A stretch of 61,518 bases of DNA, filler included, from Nemertoderma westbladi (taxonomy: Eukaryota; Animalia; Xenacoelomorpha), in NCBI GenBank assembly GCA_032718475.1. It is 3 parts of 3 records of this genome, joined end to end, with 100 filler letters (N's around TTAATTAATTAA, not from the genome) between each part and the next. Parts side by side here need not be neighbours in the genome. Positions count along the whole stretch, not along the records: positions 1 to 23,956 come from JAUCBJ010004997.1; 2 more parts are not named here. One strand, given 5' to 3'. The position numbers and the translations under genes were made by a program. This document shows positions 11,264 through 24,056 of the stretch, in pieces. Each line of letters starts with the position of its first letter. The first letter of the stretch is position 1. The notes under the pieces were generated by a model. That model worked only from the letters and a program-made list of their open reading frames with translations. It made no database searches and was not told the DNA's origin.

Positions 11264-14200
11264 TTACTCTAATGAAATAAGACCAATTTTTGAGCAATGA
11301 TACTCAAATATCGCTTTCATGAGTCCCTTTGTAAACATATCAGCAGTCATTTCCTTCGAGCTGCAGTATTTAACAGTAACAATACTACGAGCAATTAGTT
11401 CTTGAATGAAATTAAACCTGACATCGATATGTTTAGTACGATTGTGGAAGACAGGGTTCTTCACTAGTGCAATAGCACTCTGATTATCCTCATACATCAT
11501 TACTGGTTCAACCTTTGACAATAATATGTTTGCTATTAAGATGCGCAACCACTTTGCCTCATGGGCAGCTGAACTTAATGCAACATATTCTGCTTCTGTT
11601 GAAGATATTGCCACAATGTCCTGTCTCTTGCTTCTCCAGCTAACAGCACAATCTCCTACAAAGAATATATATCCAGATGTAGATTTATGAGTTTCAGAAC
11701 ATCCTGCATGATTAGCATCTGAGTATCCACTTGCAGAAATCACTGAAGTTTCTTTAGCATTATATTTTAAACCTACATTCAATGTACCACGGATATAACG
11801 AAATACACGTTTTACCCCCTTCCAATGTGCCTCTGATGGATCTGACATGTATTTACTTAAAATACCAATAGATGTAGCTAAATCTGGTCGAGTTCCAGTC
11901 ATTGCATATGTGAGACTACCAATCGCTGTTTGATAAAGAGTTTTGTCAGCTGGTTTCTCATCATCAGTTCTCTTCTCGAATTTCACATTTGGATCAATTG
12001 GGGTAGCAACTGGTTTGCAGTTTAGCATACAAACTCTCTCAAGTACATTTTCTAAGTACTTTGATTGATTTATAGTCATTGTCCGATTCTTACGATCCCT
12101 AGTAATCACCATTCCAAGAATATATTCTAATTCTCCTTTATCAACCATTTCAAATCGACTAGAAAATGTACATTTCTCTTGCATTAATATTTCATCATCA
12201 TTTGATGCTATGAGAATATCATCTACATAGAGAACAATGATTACTACAATATCATTGACATACTTGATATACATGCACGGATCAGCTTCATTTTGTTTGA
12301 AACCATTCGAAGTTAGATGCTTATCAATTAATTTATTCCAGCATCTAGAAGATTGTTTTAAACCATAAATGGCCTTCTTTAGTTTGCAGACGAAATCAGG
12401 ACGTTTGTCATCAACATAGCCCTCTGGTTGCTTCATATAGATTTCATTTTCAAGTTCCCCATTTAGAAAGGCTGTTTTAACATCCATTTGATGTATTGAC
12501 CAATTCAGTTGATTTGCAATAGCTAATACTGTACGAATAGCACTGTATTTAGCAACAGGTGCAAACACTTCATCATAGTCTATCCCATATTCTTGAGTAA
12601 AACCACGTGCCACTAGACGGGCTTTATAACGTTCAATGGAACCATCAGGTTGATATTTATATTTAAGAATCCATTTGCAATCAACAATATTTGCATCTGC
12701 CGGCGCTTTTACCAAAGTCCACGTCTGATTCTTTATTAGAGATTCATATTCAGTATCCATTGCCTCTCGCCAATAATCACCATCATTTCGTGACCATGCT
12801 TCTTTGAGTGTTTGAGGTTCAATACTCTCCTCCTCTACAATCATGGCCTTTGGCCATTCAATTGTACCCAATCGGTCTGGTGGCTTACATTGACGTGTTG
12901 GATAATGACGAACACTTTTTGATGTTGATGATGAAGTCATTTCACCTTCATTGATTGTTTCCACTACAGGTTCATCATCTAAATCAAACCCATGAAATAC
13001 TTCACCATCAGATGAAGACACACTATCTCCTATAGTCTCAATCTCCATAGCCTCTTGATTATTTACAATGTTTGATGTATGATCAACTATACTCGTCCTA
13101 GTCTGTTGAGCCTCTTGATTATTTACAATGTTCAATGTATGATCAACTATACTCTTCCTAGTCTGTTGAGCCTCTTTTACAACTAGCTCCCCTTGATCAA
13201 CATCGGAACTTTCCTTCATATATGGAGGTTTTAATATTGGATTTGTGACACGATTTGACATCTTTGGAAAACTATTTTCAAAGAACTGTACATCAAGACT
13301 CTCATAAATCCGCTTACTCTCTGGCTCATATAATCTATAACCCTTAGACTTTCCACTATATCCAATAAAGATGCACTTTCGAGCCTTTGCATCGAGTTTC
13401 TTTCGTTTCTCTCATGGTAGATGCATAAATGAATAACATCCAAAAATTCTCAAAGAACTTACATCTGGTTTATTGCCAAACCAAACTTCATAGGGAGTCG
13501 ACCCATGAACTGCATTTGTAGGACATCGGTTGCGAATATAAACAGCAGTGCTCACAGCTTCTGCCCAGAACTGTTTTGATAATCCTGCTGCATATAACAT
13601 TGACAATGCAAGTTCCATAATTGTGCGATTCATGCGCTCTGCAACTCCATTTTGTTGTGGATTATATGGAACAGTGAATTCATGCATAATTCCTTTAGAT
13701 AAACAATACTCTTTTAATGAGGTTAAGTTATATTCGCCACCATTATCTGAACGTAATATCTTTACAGTTCGACCAATTTGGTTTTCAACTTTTGCTACAA
13801 AATCCTTGAAGCATTGAAATAGTTCACTTTTATGCTTCAATATATAAACTGTTGTATATCGTGATTTATCATCAATGATAGTAGCAAAATATTTAGAACC
13901 ACCAATTGATTCAGTGTCCATAGGGCCACATATATCTGAGTGAACAATATCAACTAGATCATCTGCCCTACGAGAAGAATGTGTAGGAAATGGGACCTTG
14001 TGCGATTTCCCTAGTGCACAACCCTCACAATTCGTATTGAAGGTTTCTATATCACAATTAATTCCACTTACCATTTCATTATCCAATAATTTCTTTAAGC
14101 TATCAATTCCAATATGACCAAATCATTCATGCCATATTTGACCAGGTAAAGAAGTAGCAACCAATGCAGAATTACCAGTATGTACTTCAAGTTTATACAA

Positions 14201-15466
14201 GTCACCATCCACTCTACCATTTGCAATTACTTGTTTTCCATAACCAATTTCACATTCTGACCTATAAAAATTTATATAAGCCCCTTTCTTTGTCAATGCA
14301 CGAACTGAAAGAAGATTCTTCCCTAGTTTTGGAACATACAAAACTTCAGAAATACAAAGTTTAGCTCCGCAAGTAGATTGAATATTAACAATTCCTTTAC
14401 CTATAGCATTTACATAACGTTTATCACCAAGATAAACATATTTGCAATGGTCAAATTTTTCATAATTTATGAAACAATCTGACACAAATGTCATATGTTC
14501 GGTAGCTCCTGAATCAATATACCAATTATCACACCCAGTATTCGAATTGCTAATATGCAAAGCAAATGAACAGTTTTCAAGGTAATCCAGCTCATTCAAT
14601 TCTGATTCTGATTCACTACCTTTAACAAGAAGTCCCTCTGACTTCTTTCGAGTTGGACACGCTGAAGCCCAATGTGAATTATCACTGCAAAGTTGACAAC
14701 CTCTTTGAGTACATTTCCGAGCAAAATGTCCCCCAACACCACACTTGAAACATGGAGCCTTGCTCTTCCGGAATCCTGGTGAAGAAGTGAACTGCTGCGG
14801 CTTGCTACTCCCACTGTCTTGTTGTCCTTTCTTTGCATAACCCTTTTGTTTCACTGATAAAAGGGCATTCTCTGTTTCACTATTGTGTGTGTGCCGTGCA
14901 CTTTCATTAAACAGTAAACCCTTTATATTGTCCCATGACATTTCATTGACAGCAACATCAATCGCTGACAGCATGGAATTATACGATGATGGAAGTGATC
15001 CTAAAACAGTAAGTGCGAATGCCTTGTCCGTAATATTCTCTTCTGGATCAAGTTCATTAATCTTTGTGTAAAGATTCCTCATCTCCGTAACATGTTTCTC
15101 AACGTTGCCACCATTTGGTAACTGTTTATTGAAAAATTCGGTTCGAAGTCTAACAATCTTTAGCCATGATTTTCGATCAAACTGTTCCTCTAATGCATCC
15201 CAAGTTTCCTTTGCAGTCATTGCATCCTTTATATAGCAACGCAATTCCGGATCAATAGCTAGTGCAATAGTTGTACGTGCGCGAGTTTTCCTTCGCATAA
15301 ACGCAGCTCTACCAGCTCCTTCCGGTGGAGTAGGATCTCCAATGACAAACTCCCACAAATTGTGATGTTCCAATGTAAGCTGCATTGTGTAACGCCATTC
15401 ACGATAGTTTTCGGACCGCAGTTTCTCGATTTTCTCTATCTTTAAACCGCCAATATCATCCGCCAT
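11264..15466 (-). pseudogene. Copia gag-pol, one reading frame broken by two in-frame TGA stops
   Basis: CCHC knuckles, protease WYIDSGAT, integrase VHSDICGP/RSDNGGEY/QQNGVAER, RT YKARLVARG/QMDVKTAFL/LYVDD and RNase H YSDA/RTKHID. ORFs 14123-15466, 13412-14086 and 11264-13261 are all in the same frame. Confidence 0.93.
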
Positions 15467-15690
15467 TTCAGTAAACTATCTGTGTGCAATTAATTATAAC
15501 AGCAACAAAGGAGTAAACGATATCGATTTGTTAAATTTCAGTCACTGATCCTTTCCTACTACTGCTACCGCTTGCCGGTACCGGTAACCACGATAATTAG
15601 CGATTTTAGTATTTGCAAAGTTTCCTTGCATACCGGTATTTATTACAATTCATTACAATTAACAGTACCATAGCATCTGACTGCCTGTTA

Positions 15691-15705
15691 CCTGGGCCCA
15701 TAACC
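15691..15705 (-). promoter_or_regulatory. Copia primer-binding site (internal tRNA-iMet fragment type)
   Basis: GGTTATGGGCCCAGG lies directly after the 5' LTR, as in Drosophila copia-type elements. Confidence 0.88.
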
Positions 15706-15971
15706 TGTTAGAAGTTGAAGTGTATATATCGAATATCATTATAATATAATAGCCCTACTAGCCAGACATGACTGCGGATATATAAACCTAGCGCAGTACA
15801 GCAGTACTTCTGACAGTCATTGTAGATGCTCAGTACCGGTTGCCGGTAGCACAATGATAAACAATAATGTAATACAACTAGAGTATTTAAATTTCCCACC
15901 ACACCATTAAGATACTGATCATCGCATAATATATTGTCATACAGTTTAAAGGTAAGTTACAGTTTCTAACA
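15706..15971 (-). repeat. Copia 5' LTR
   Basis: 266-bp direct repeat of 10958-11223. Confidence 0.96.
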
Positions 15972-17944
15972 AAAACACCTTGACCAACAGATAACGATTT
16001 CCAATCGAAAATGTCTTCTGTTTGTAATTCTATTACCTTGTAGGGAACCTTTCGACTAAGTCATATGATAGGCACCAGTTGAGCCGGTACCATTATATCA
16101 CAGCTCCGCTCAATAGCATGCTCGATACACGCGTGAGCACTATCTCCCTCAGTCTGGCCATGATTGGGGACCATTATAATAAGCCGGATCGATTTGATGC
16201 AACGGGATTTGGTTAGAAAGCTTCGAAACATTGTGGGGATGATAGAGTTTTTGTTCTGCCCAGAACATCCATCCGTGAAAAAGACAACAGATTCATATTT
16301 ATCATTGTCAATCAGTTATAAATATAGATTGGTTGCAATCTTATTCGAGCCTCTATTGGCTACACCCTCCCCTCATGCCACAAAAAACACGAGACCTCCC
16401 TGTTTGCGATATTGTAAATAGTGAAGTTATAGTTTGAGAGACGACGTTTGTAAAAAATATCCAATCTTTCTGATTTGGGTGTGTAGATTACCTGCTGAAG
16501 GTCAAAACACGCGGCAATTACATTTGACTCCTCAGTCATCGCTGCCATTTTTGCAGCGTCTTTTAATTCTCGTGTTATTTTCTTCTCCTCCTGGTGATTG
16601 TTATACTCAACTTTTAAACTCTCAGTGAGTTCGTCAGTCTTCGTCGTATGGAATGTCTCGCAAATGCCACACTGGTCCTTTTTTCTTTTATGAATTGCTA
16701 ACTTTAGTTGGTGAAATGCGTCACGATATTTACTGTATGATGCTATTGCAACTCCGCTCGATGATGCCATCTCTTCCTTCTCATTCTTATACATGCCGTA
16801 CATTATACTGATAGATAGATCAGATGACAAATGCTTCCTTTTGTCATCCTTCCTACAATAATGACTTTCTACAGTGGGAAACCTATTCAAATGTTCAACA
16901 ATACTAGATTCTATATGTGTATCTCTCTCTCTCAACTTCTGCACTCTTCCTCCCCTCTTTTCAACTTTCAACATACCATGTTCTGTTATATTTTTTAGAG
17001 TAGTGTAAATAAATTTCTCATTTATGTTCAACGTGTTTATGAAAAACGTCTTACAAACACGTAATTGAATGCTGTCAACCGTCAGTGTATAGTTAATTTT
17101 ATTTTTCTTCTTCCCAATTGCATTAGGAATTGGTGATGAATGTACATGGTAAGCAATGAATTGTCGCTGTTTGTCTAAGTTTCTAAGATCATAAAATCCA
17201 TTTAAAATAACTTGTCGGGTCTCATCACTCACAGATCGACATTTAAAACCATTTTGATTTTCTGCACTACAGTTGCACCTTGGTGTCACTACTACTCGCT
17301 TCGAATCAAATTGCTTGCCAGACTCACTTAAATACGGCATTCCAGAATTGCGATTATTTTTTACAATTAACCTACGGCACTTTGATTGATTATTATCCTT
17401 TATTGGACTTCCTTCCTGTGGGGCGCCATCTACAGTGAAATCTTCGGGGAGAGGGGCAGCCTGATCTTCAAGAAGAATCTCTTCGTTCTCAATTATTGTC
17501 TCCGAATCTGAGGATATAGAATCAGAATCCAATATCTCTTCGTTTTCAATTGTCTCCGAATCTGAGGATATAGAATCAGAATCCGATGGGGAATAATCAG
17601 GATCGCGAACTATGTCGTCTATCCCCGCAATATTAGAACTATCTATTGTTACAAGATTCGAAGTATCAACGTAGTTTTGACAACCTTCTTGGACATCACC
17701 AGCGGGCCTATCACAGTAAACTGTAGTTAGATCATTCATTGAGGACCACACTGTTGAAATTCTTGGTTGATATTCATTCTCTACAGAGTTGATATCGTCC
17801 ATGTTTAAGGTTTCAGAAATAATTGTAGAAATCTCGTTTGAGTATACCGAGTATATGAAACTGTCAAGAGCTTCTTGAACATCTTTTTCTTTAATGACTG
17901 TCACCCTTTCAAACCCTGTTGCTCCCTTATGATTTCCACCCTCT

Positions 17945-20900
17945 TCTAACCCTGAGCCTCCCACTCCAACTCCAAACTCTTCCAACCCTGTGGCTCCCAA
18001 ACCAACTCCAACCTCTTCCAACCCTGTGGCTCCCAAACCAACTCCAACCTCTTCCAACCCTGTGGCTCCCAAACCAACTCCAAACTCTTCCAACCCTGTG
18101 GCTCCAAACCAACTCCAACCTCTTCCAACCCTGTGGCTCCCAAACCAACTCCAAACTCTTCCAACCCTGTGGCTCCCAAACCAACTCCAACCTCTTCCAA
18201 CCCTGTGGCTCCCAAACCAACTCCAACCTCTTCCAAGCCTGTGGCTCCCAAACCAACTCCAACCTCTTCCAACCCTGTAGCTCTCAAACCAACTTCAACT
18301 TCTTCCAACCCTGTGGCTCCCAAACCAACTCCAACCTCTTCCAACCCTGTAGCTCTCAAACCAACTTCAACTTCTTCCAACCCTGTGGCTCCCAAACCAA
18401 CTCCAACCTCTTCCAACCCTGTGGCTCCCAAACCAACTCCAACCTCTTCCAACCCTGTGGCTCTCAAACCAACTTCAACTTCTTCCAACCCTGTGGCTCC
18501 CAAACCATATCCAACCTCATCCAACCCTGTGGCTCCCAAACCAACTCCATACTCTTCCAACCCTGTGGCTCCCAAACCAACTCCAACCTCTTCTAACCGT
18601 GTGGCTCCCAAACCAACTCCAACCTCTTCCAACCCTGTGGCTCCCAAACCAACTCCAACCTCATCCAACCCTGTGGCTCCCAAACCAACTCTAACCTCTT
18701 CCAACCCTGTGGCTCCCAAACCAACTCCAACCTCTTCCAACCCTGTGGCTCCGAAACTAACTCCAACCTCATCCAACCTTGTGGCTCCCAAACCAACTCT
18801 AACCTCTTCCAACCCTGTGGCTCCCAAACCAACTCCAACCTCTTCCAACCCTGTGGCTCCCAAACCAACTCCAACCTCATCCAACCCTGTGGCTCCCAAA
18901 CCAACTCTAACCTCTTCCAACCCTGTGGCTCCCAAACCAACTCCAACCTCATCCAACCCTGTGGCTCCCAAACCAACTCTAACCTCTTCCAACCCTGTGG
19001 CTCCCAAACCAACTCCAACCTCTTCCAACCCTGTGGCTCCGAAACTAACTCCAACCTCATCCAACCCTGTGGCTCCCAAACCAACTCTAACCTCTTCTAA
19101 CCCTGTGGCTCCCAAACCAACTCCAACCTCTTCCAACCCTGTGGCTCCCAAACCAACTCCAACCTCTTCTAACCATGTGGCTCCCAAACCATCTCCAACC
19201 TCATCCAACCCTGTGGCTCCCAAACCAACTCCATACTCTTCCAACCCTATGGCTCCCAAACCAACTCCAACCTCTTCCAACCCTGTGGCTCCCAAACCAA
19301 CTCCAACCTTTTCCAACCCTGTGGCTCCCAAACCAACTCCAACCTCTTCCAACCCTGTGGCTCCCAAACCAACTCCACCCTCTTCCACTCTTCCAACCCT
19401 GTGGCTCCCAAACCAACTCCAACCTCTTCCAACCCTGTGGCTCCCAAACCAACTACAAACTCTTCCAACCATGTGGCTCCCAAACCAACTCCAACCTCTT
19501 CCAACCCTGTGGCTCCCAAACCAACTCTAACCTCTTCCAACCCTGTGGCTCCCAAACCAACTCCAAACTCTTCCAACCCTGTGGCTCCCAAACCAACTCC
19601 AACCTCTTCCAACCCTGTGGCTCCCAAACCAACTCCACCCTCTTCCACTCTTCCAACCCTGTGGCTCCCAAACCAACTCCAACCTCTTCCAACCCTGTGG
19701 CTCCCAAACCAACTCCAAACTCTTCCAACCCTGTGGCTCCCAAACCAACTCCAACCTCTTCCAACCCTGTGGCTCCCAAACCAACTCCACCCTCTTCCAC
19801 TCTTCCAACCCTGTGGCTCCCAAACCAACTCCAACCTCTTCCAACCCTGTGGCTCCCAAACCAACTCCACCCTCTTCCACTCTTCCAACCCTGTGGCTCC
19901 CAAACCAACTACAAACTCTTCCAACCATGTGGCTCCCAAACCAACTCCAACCTCTTCCAACCCTGTGGCTCCCAAACCAACTCTAACCTCTTCCAACCCT
20001 GTGGCTCCCAAACCAACTCCAAACTCTTCCAACCCTGTGGCTCCCAAACCAACTCCAACCTCTTCCAACCCTGTGGCTCCCAAACCAACTCCACCCTCTT
20101 CCACTCTTCCAACCCTGTGGCTCCCAAACCAACTCCAACCTCTTCCAACCCTGTGGCTCCCAAACCAACTCCAACCTCTTCCAACCCTGTGGCTCCCAAA
20201 CCAACTCCACCCTCTTCCACTCTTCCAACCCTGTGGCTCCCAAACCAACTCCAACCTCTTCCAACCCTGTGGCTCCCAAACCAACTCCAACCTTTTCCAA
20301 CCCTGTGGCTCCCAAACCAACTCCAACCTCTTCCAACCCTGTGGCTCCCAAACCAACTCCACCCTCTTCCACTCTTCCAACCCTGTGGCTCCCAAACCAA
20401 CTCCAACCTCTTCCAACCCTGTGGCTCCCAAACCAACTACAAACTCTTCCAACCATGTGGCTCCCAAACCAACTCCAACCTCTTCCAACCCTGTGGCTCC
20501 CAAACCAACTCTAACCTCTTCCAACCCTGTGGCTCCCAAACCAACTCCAAACTCTTCCAACCCTGTGGCTCCCAAACCAACTCCAACCTCTTCCAACCCT
20601 GTGGCTCTCAAACCAACTCCACCCTCTTCCAACCATGTGGCTCCCAAACCAACTCCAACCTCTTCCAACCCTGTGGCTCCCAAACCAACTCCAACCTCTT
20701 CCAACCCTGTGGCTCCCAAACCAACTCCAACCTCTTCCAACCCTGTGGCTCCCAAACCAACTCCAACCTCTTCTAACCATGTGGCTCCCAAACCAACTCC
20801 AACCTCTTCTAACCATGTGGCTCCCAAACCAACTCCAACCTCTTCCAACCCTGTGGCTCCCAAACCAACTCCAACCTCTTCTAACCATGTGGCTCCCAAA

Positions 20901-21045
20901 CCAACTCCAACCTCTTCCAACCCTGTGGCTCCCAAACCAACTCCAACCCTGTGGCTCCCAAACCAACTCTAACCTCTTCCAACCCTGTGGCTCTCAAACC
21001 AACTCCAACCTCTTCCAACCCTGTGGCTCCCAAACCAATTCCAAC
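17945..21045. repeat. 36-bp minisatellite (~85 units) inside the transposase 5' coding region
   Basis: Unit tcttccaaccctgtggctcccaaaccaactccaacc encodes GVGLGATGLEEV on the minus strand. 44-bp variants carry an extra ctcttcca. Confidence 0.97.
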
Positions 21046-21383
21046 GTCGGCAAACGCAGCCTCTCCCACATCCACATCAACTTGTCTGGCTAGAGCATTG
21101 ACCTTCCCACAGAAATTTTGGTTGCTACATCTCCTCCGACTTTCACATCCAGTTCGATAACCTTTTCCTCCTTCCTTGTCCTATTTCTTTTCGGATATGA
21201 TTTGAATATTTCGTTTCTTTTTTTTCGTTTTCGAATCTTGCAGTTCTTCTTTTCGGACTCAATGATAAAGCCCATAAAAACATCATCTTCGCTAGCGGTA
21301 TCTTCAGCAACCGTTACATCCATCACTTTAATGTATAGGCCTAGAATATCCATCTGTCTGCAGTCTGAACTGCTTTTTATCTG

Positions 21384-23242
21384 TTGTGGGGCGAGCCACG
21401 AAGTTGGCGGAGCCTTAGCGAATTGACACTGTTAGGGGGTGGGTCAATTTATGCAAATAGTTGTCGTCGTCGTCGTCGTCGTCGTTGTCGTCGTCGTCGT
21501 TGTCGTCGTCGTCGTTGTCGTCGTCGTTACGATTTTGACATGCTAATAACTTTGTCGGATTTAAAGCTGCCAAGTTGAAAATTTGTAGGTATCAATATGA
21601 GCAAAAGTTGAGATTTTTGAGAGACTTTCAGACACCATCAGTGCAATGGTCTCCCGCTAGAGGGCCACATGTCTAAACATTAAATGGCCACCCATTTCTT
21701 TGCTTTTAATCCGTTTAAGCTGAAACTTGGGAAGTATGTACTAGACCATTAGCTGTAAATTTCAAAGGAGGCTAATCTGTCTGCAGTTCTCCAGTCTGCC
21801 GCTAGAGGGCGAAATGTCCCGAATGTGAAATTATTCTTCCATTTAGTTGTTTATGATCTGATTACGCTGAAACTTGTCATATATGTACTAGATGACATCC
21901 TGAGTCTTTGTGTGGATTGTAATCGGTCCGAAGTTTTCCAGTCTCCCGCTAGAGGGCCACATGTCTAAACATTAAATGGCCACCCATTTCTTTGCTTTTA
22001 ATCCGTTTAAGCTGAAACTTGGGAAGTATGTACTAGACCATTAGCTGTAAATTTCAAAGGAGGCTAATCTGTCTGCAGTTCTCCAGTCTGCCGCTAGAGG
22101 GCGAAATGTCCCGAATGTGAAATTATTCTTCCATTTAGTTGTTTATGATCTGATTACGCTGAAACTTGTCATATATGTACTAGATGACATCCTGAGTCTT
22201 TGTGTGGATTGTAATCGGTCCGAAGTTTTCCAGTCTCCCGCTAGAGGGCCACATGTCTAAACATTAAATGGCCACCCATTTCTTTGCTTTTAATCCGTTT
22301 AAGCTGAAACTTGGGAAGTATGTACTAGACCATTAGCTGTAAATTTCAAAGGAGGCTAATCTGTCTGCAGTTCTCCAGTCTGCCGCTAGAGGGCGAAATG
22401 TCCCGAATGTGAAATTATTCTTCCATTTAGTTGTTTATGATCTGATTACGCTGAAACTTGTCATATATGTACTAGATGACATCCTGAGTCTTTGTGTGGA
22501 TTGTAATCGGTCCGAAGTTTTCCAGTCTCCCGCTAGAGGGCCACATGTCTAAACATTAAATGGCCACCCATTTCTTTGCTTTTAATCCGTTTAAGCTGAA
22601 ACTTGGGAAGTATGTACTAGACCATTAGCTGTAAATTTCAAAGGAGGCTAATCTGTCTGCAGTTCTCCAGTCTGCCGCTAGAGGGCGAAATGTCCCGAAT
22701 GTGAAATTATTCTTCCATTTAGTTGTTTATGATCTGATTACGCTGAAACTTGTCATATATGTACTAGAAGACATCCTAAGTCTTTGTGTGGACAGTAATC
22801 GGTCCGGAGTTTTCGAGTCTGCCGCTAGAGGGCGAAATGTAGGAAAGTGATAACCTTTGCGAATTCCTTGATCTTAATCTATTTAAGCTGAATTTTGGAA
22901 TATACAGTACCGGTATGTACTAGACCACATGCCTCGTCTTTGTGAGGAAGGTGATCGATCCGTAGTTCTTTAATATGCCGCTAGAGGGCTAAATGTATGA
23001 AAGTGAAAACCTTCCAACATTTCGTTATTTATGATCCGTCAATCGGAAACTTGGTAGATATGTAATAGACCATAGGATGTGGCTTTGTAGGGAAACTAAT
23101 CCTTCCTTCTTCAGTTACCCAGTCTCCCGCTAGAGGGTTAACGTTTTCCGGGAAAATCTTCTCCTATGTTTTTATAATCCTTTCGAGTTGATACTTAGCA
23201 TTAACTCATTTCACGTGCTGCGCGAAGGCCCCACTTCGTGTT
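21384..23242 (+). mobile_element. DINE-1/HINE-like (Helentron-associated) non-autonomous element
   Basis: 5' end gtggggcgagccacgaagt, then a (CGT)n microsatellite at 21462-21530, a central satellite, and 3' end cgtgctgcgcgaaggccccacttcgtg. Flanks are T-rich with no clear TSD. The same ends occur at 41893/43510 and 61008. Confidence 0.72.
21640..23135. repeat. ~146-bp satellite organised as a 292-bp dimer, one CCGCTAGAGGG motif per monomer
   Basis: Dimer starts at 21651, 21943, 22235 and 22527. Sub-units are 145 + 147 bp, with diverged monomers out to ~23135. Confidence 0.95.
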
Positions 23243-23956
23243 TAATTAATGTATATTCTATTTTATATGTAGTGCAATGTATGATACTTAAACTTTCAGT
23301 ATTACATGTACCGGTGTAAGACTGACTGTCCACTTGTCCTTAACGGTACACTCTAATCTCACTGATATCGTATGGAAATTACCTACGACATAACCTAGAA
23401 ATATGGCGTACCCTATAGAAATTAAATCTAATATTTTGACGAACTGGCGTACAGTAACAATTTTCTGATACGCCACTTCGTCGAAATATTATTTACTAAA
23501 ATAGATATACAGCGTATATTTTGTATCGCTGTATCTCTCAATCCAATGCATTTATGGAGACGCCACTTCGTCAAAAGTTGGCTTTCACATTTATGACCTT
23601 AAATATCCAAAAAAAAATTTCAGCAAGAAATGGGGATACGCCAGTTCGTCAAAAGTTCGTCGATTTATCCTTCTATTTGCCGGCTAAAAACTAGCTAAAT
23701 CTTCAGAACCTTCGAATAGTCTTCAAATTTATCCTTCGTTTAGAAGGATAATTTATCCTACGAATTGTAGACTGAATTATCAGACAATTTAGACGGCGAA
23801 AATGCTGATAATTTCGAAGAAAGTTTATTTCGATCAAATTAGCAGCATATTAGTAGCAATTTCGAAGGATGTGACTTTGCTGGGTTTGTATTGGGTTTAG
23901 TTAATAATTAACCAAAACTACTGCCATATAATTTATATTATATTATATATTAATTC

Positions 23957-24056
23957 NNNNNNNNNNNNNNNNNNNNNNNNNNNNNNNNNNNNNNNNNNNN
24001 TTAATTAATTAANNNNNNNNNNNNNNNNNNNNNNNNNNNNNNNNNNNNNNNNNNNN
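23957..24056. other. Assembly gap / artificial contig linker
   Basis: N44-TTAATTAATTAA-N44, with stops in all six frames. Confidence 0.97.

Larger units (their letters stand above)
10958..15971 (-). mobile_element. Full-length Ty1/Copia LTR retrotransposon
   Basis: Two 266-bp TG...CA LTRs, 5-bp TSD AAAAC (10953-10957, 15972-15976), PBS, PPT (caagtgggag) and domain order gag-PR-IN-RT-RH. Confidence 0.97.
10646..21353 (-). pseudogene. Sola1 transposase, disrupted by frameshifts, stops, the Copia insertion and an expanded repeat
   Basis: ORF 16360-18093 has RVCKTFFINTLNI, ESHYCR, KKDQCGIC, CFDLQQV, FYKRRLSNYNFTIY and WHEG. After a frameshift at ~16365 come RGSN, FTDGCSGQNKN and GQTEGDSAH. The C-terminus resumes across the Copia at 10957-10646 (DLMKLC...FYRQL). 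Confidence 0.85.
7095..23662 (-). mobile_element. Sola1-type DNA transposon, inflated by nested insertions
   Basis: Perfect 28-bp TIRs CGACGAACTTTTGACGAACTGGCGTATC (7095-7122 / 23635-23662). 4-bp TSD ATTT on both sides (AWWT is typical of Sola1). Subterminal cgcca(g/c)ttcgtc repeats and an internal DDD transposase. Confidence 0.88.

Noticed and set aside
13412-14125. UGA recoding (selenocysteine or alternative code) in the Copia ORF
   Set aside because: One stop falls at a conserved Arg position. Point mutation is the simpler explanation and nothing else supports recoding.
17945-21045. CRISPR array (36-bp repeats) or mucin-like PTPTSSNPVAPK gene
   Set aside because: The units are contiguous with no unique spacers, there are no cas genes and the context is eukaryotic. 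The long ORFs in several frames arise from a stop-poor repeat.
24001-24012. TTAATTAATTAA palindrome as a biological site (also 53150-53161)
   Set aside because: It is centred in identical 100-bp N blocks, so it is an artificial linker. Adjacency across these gaps is not guaranteed.
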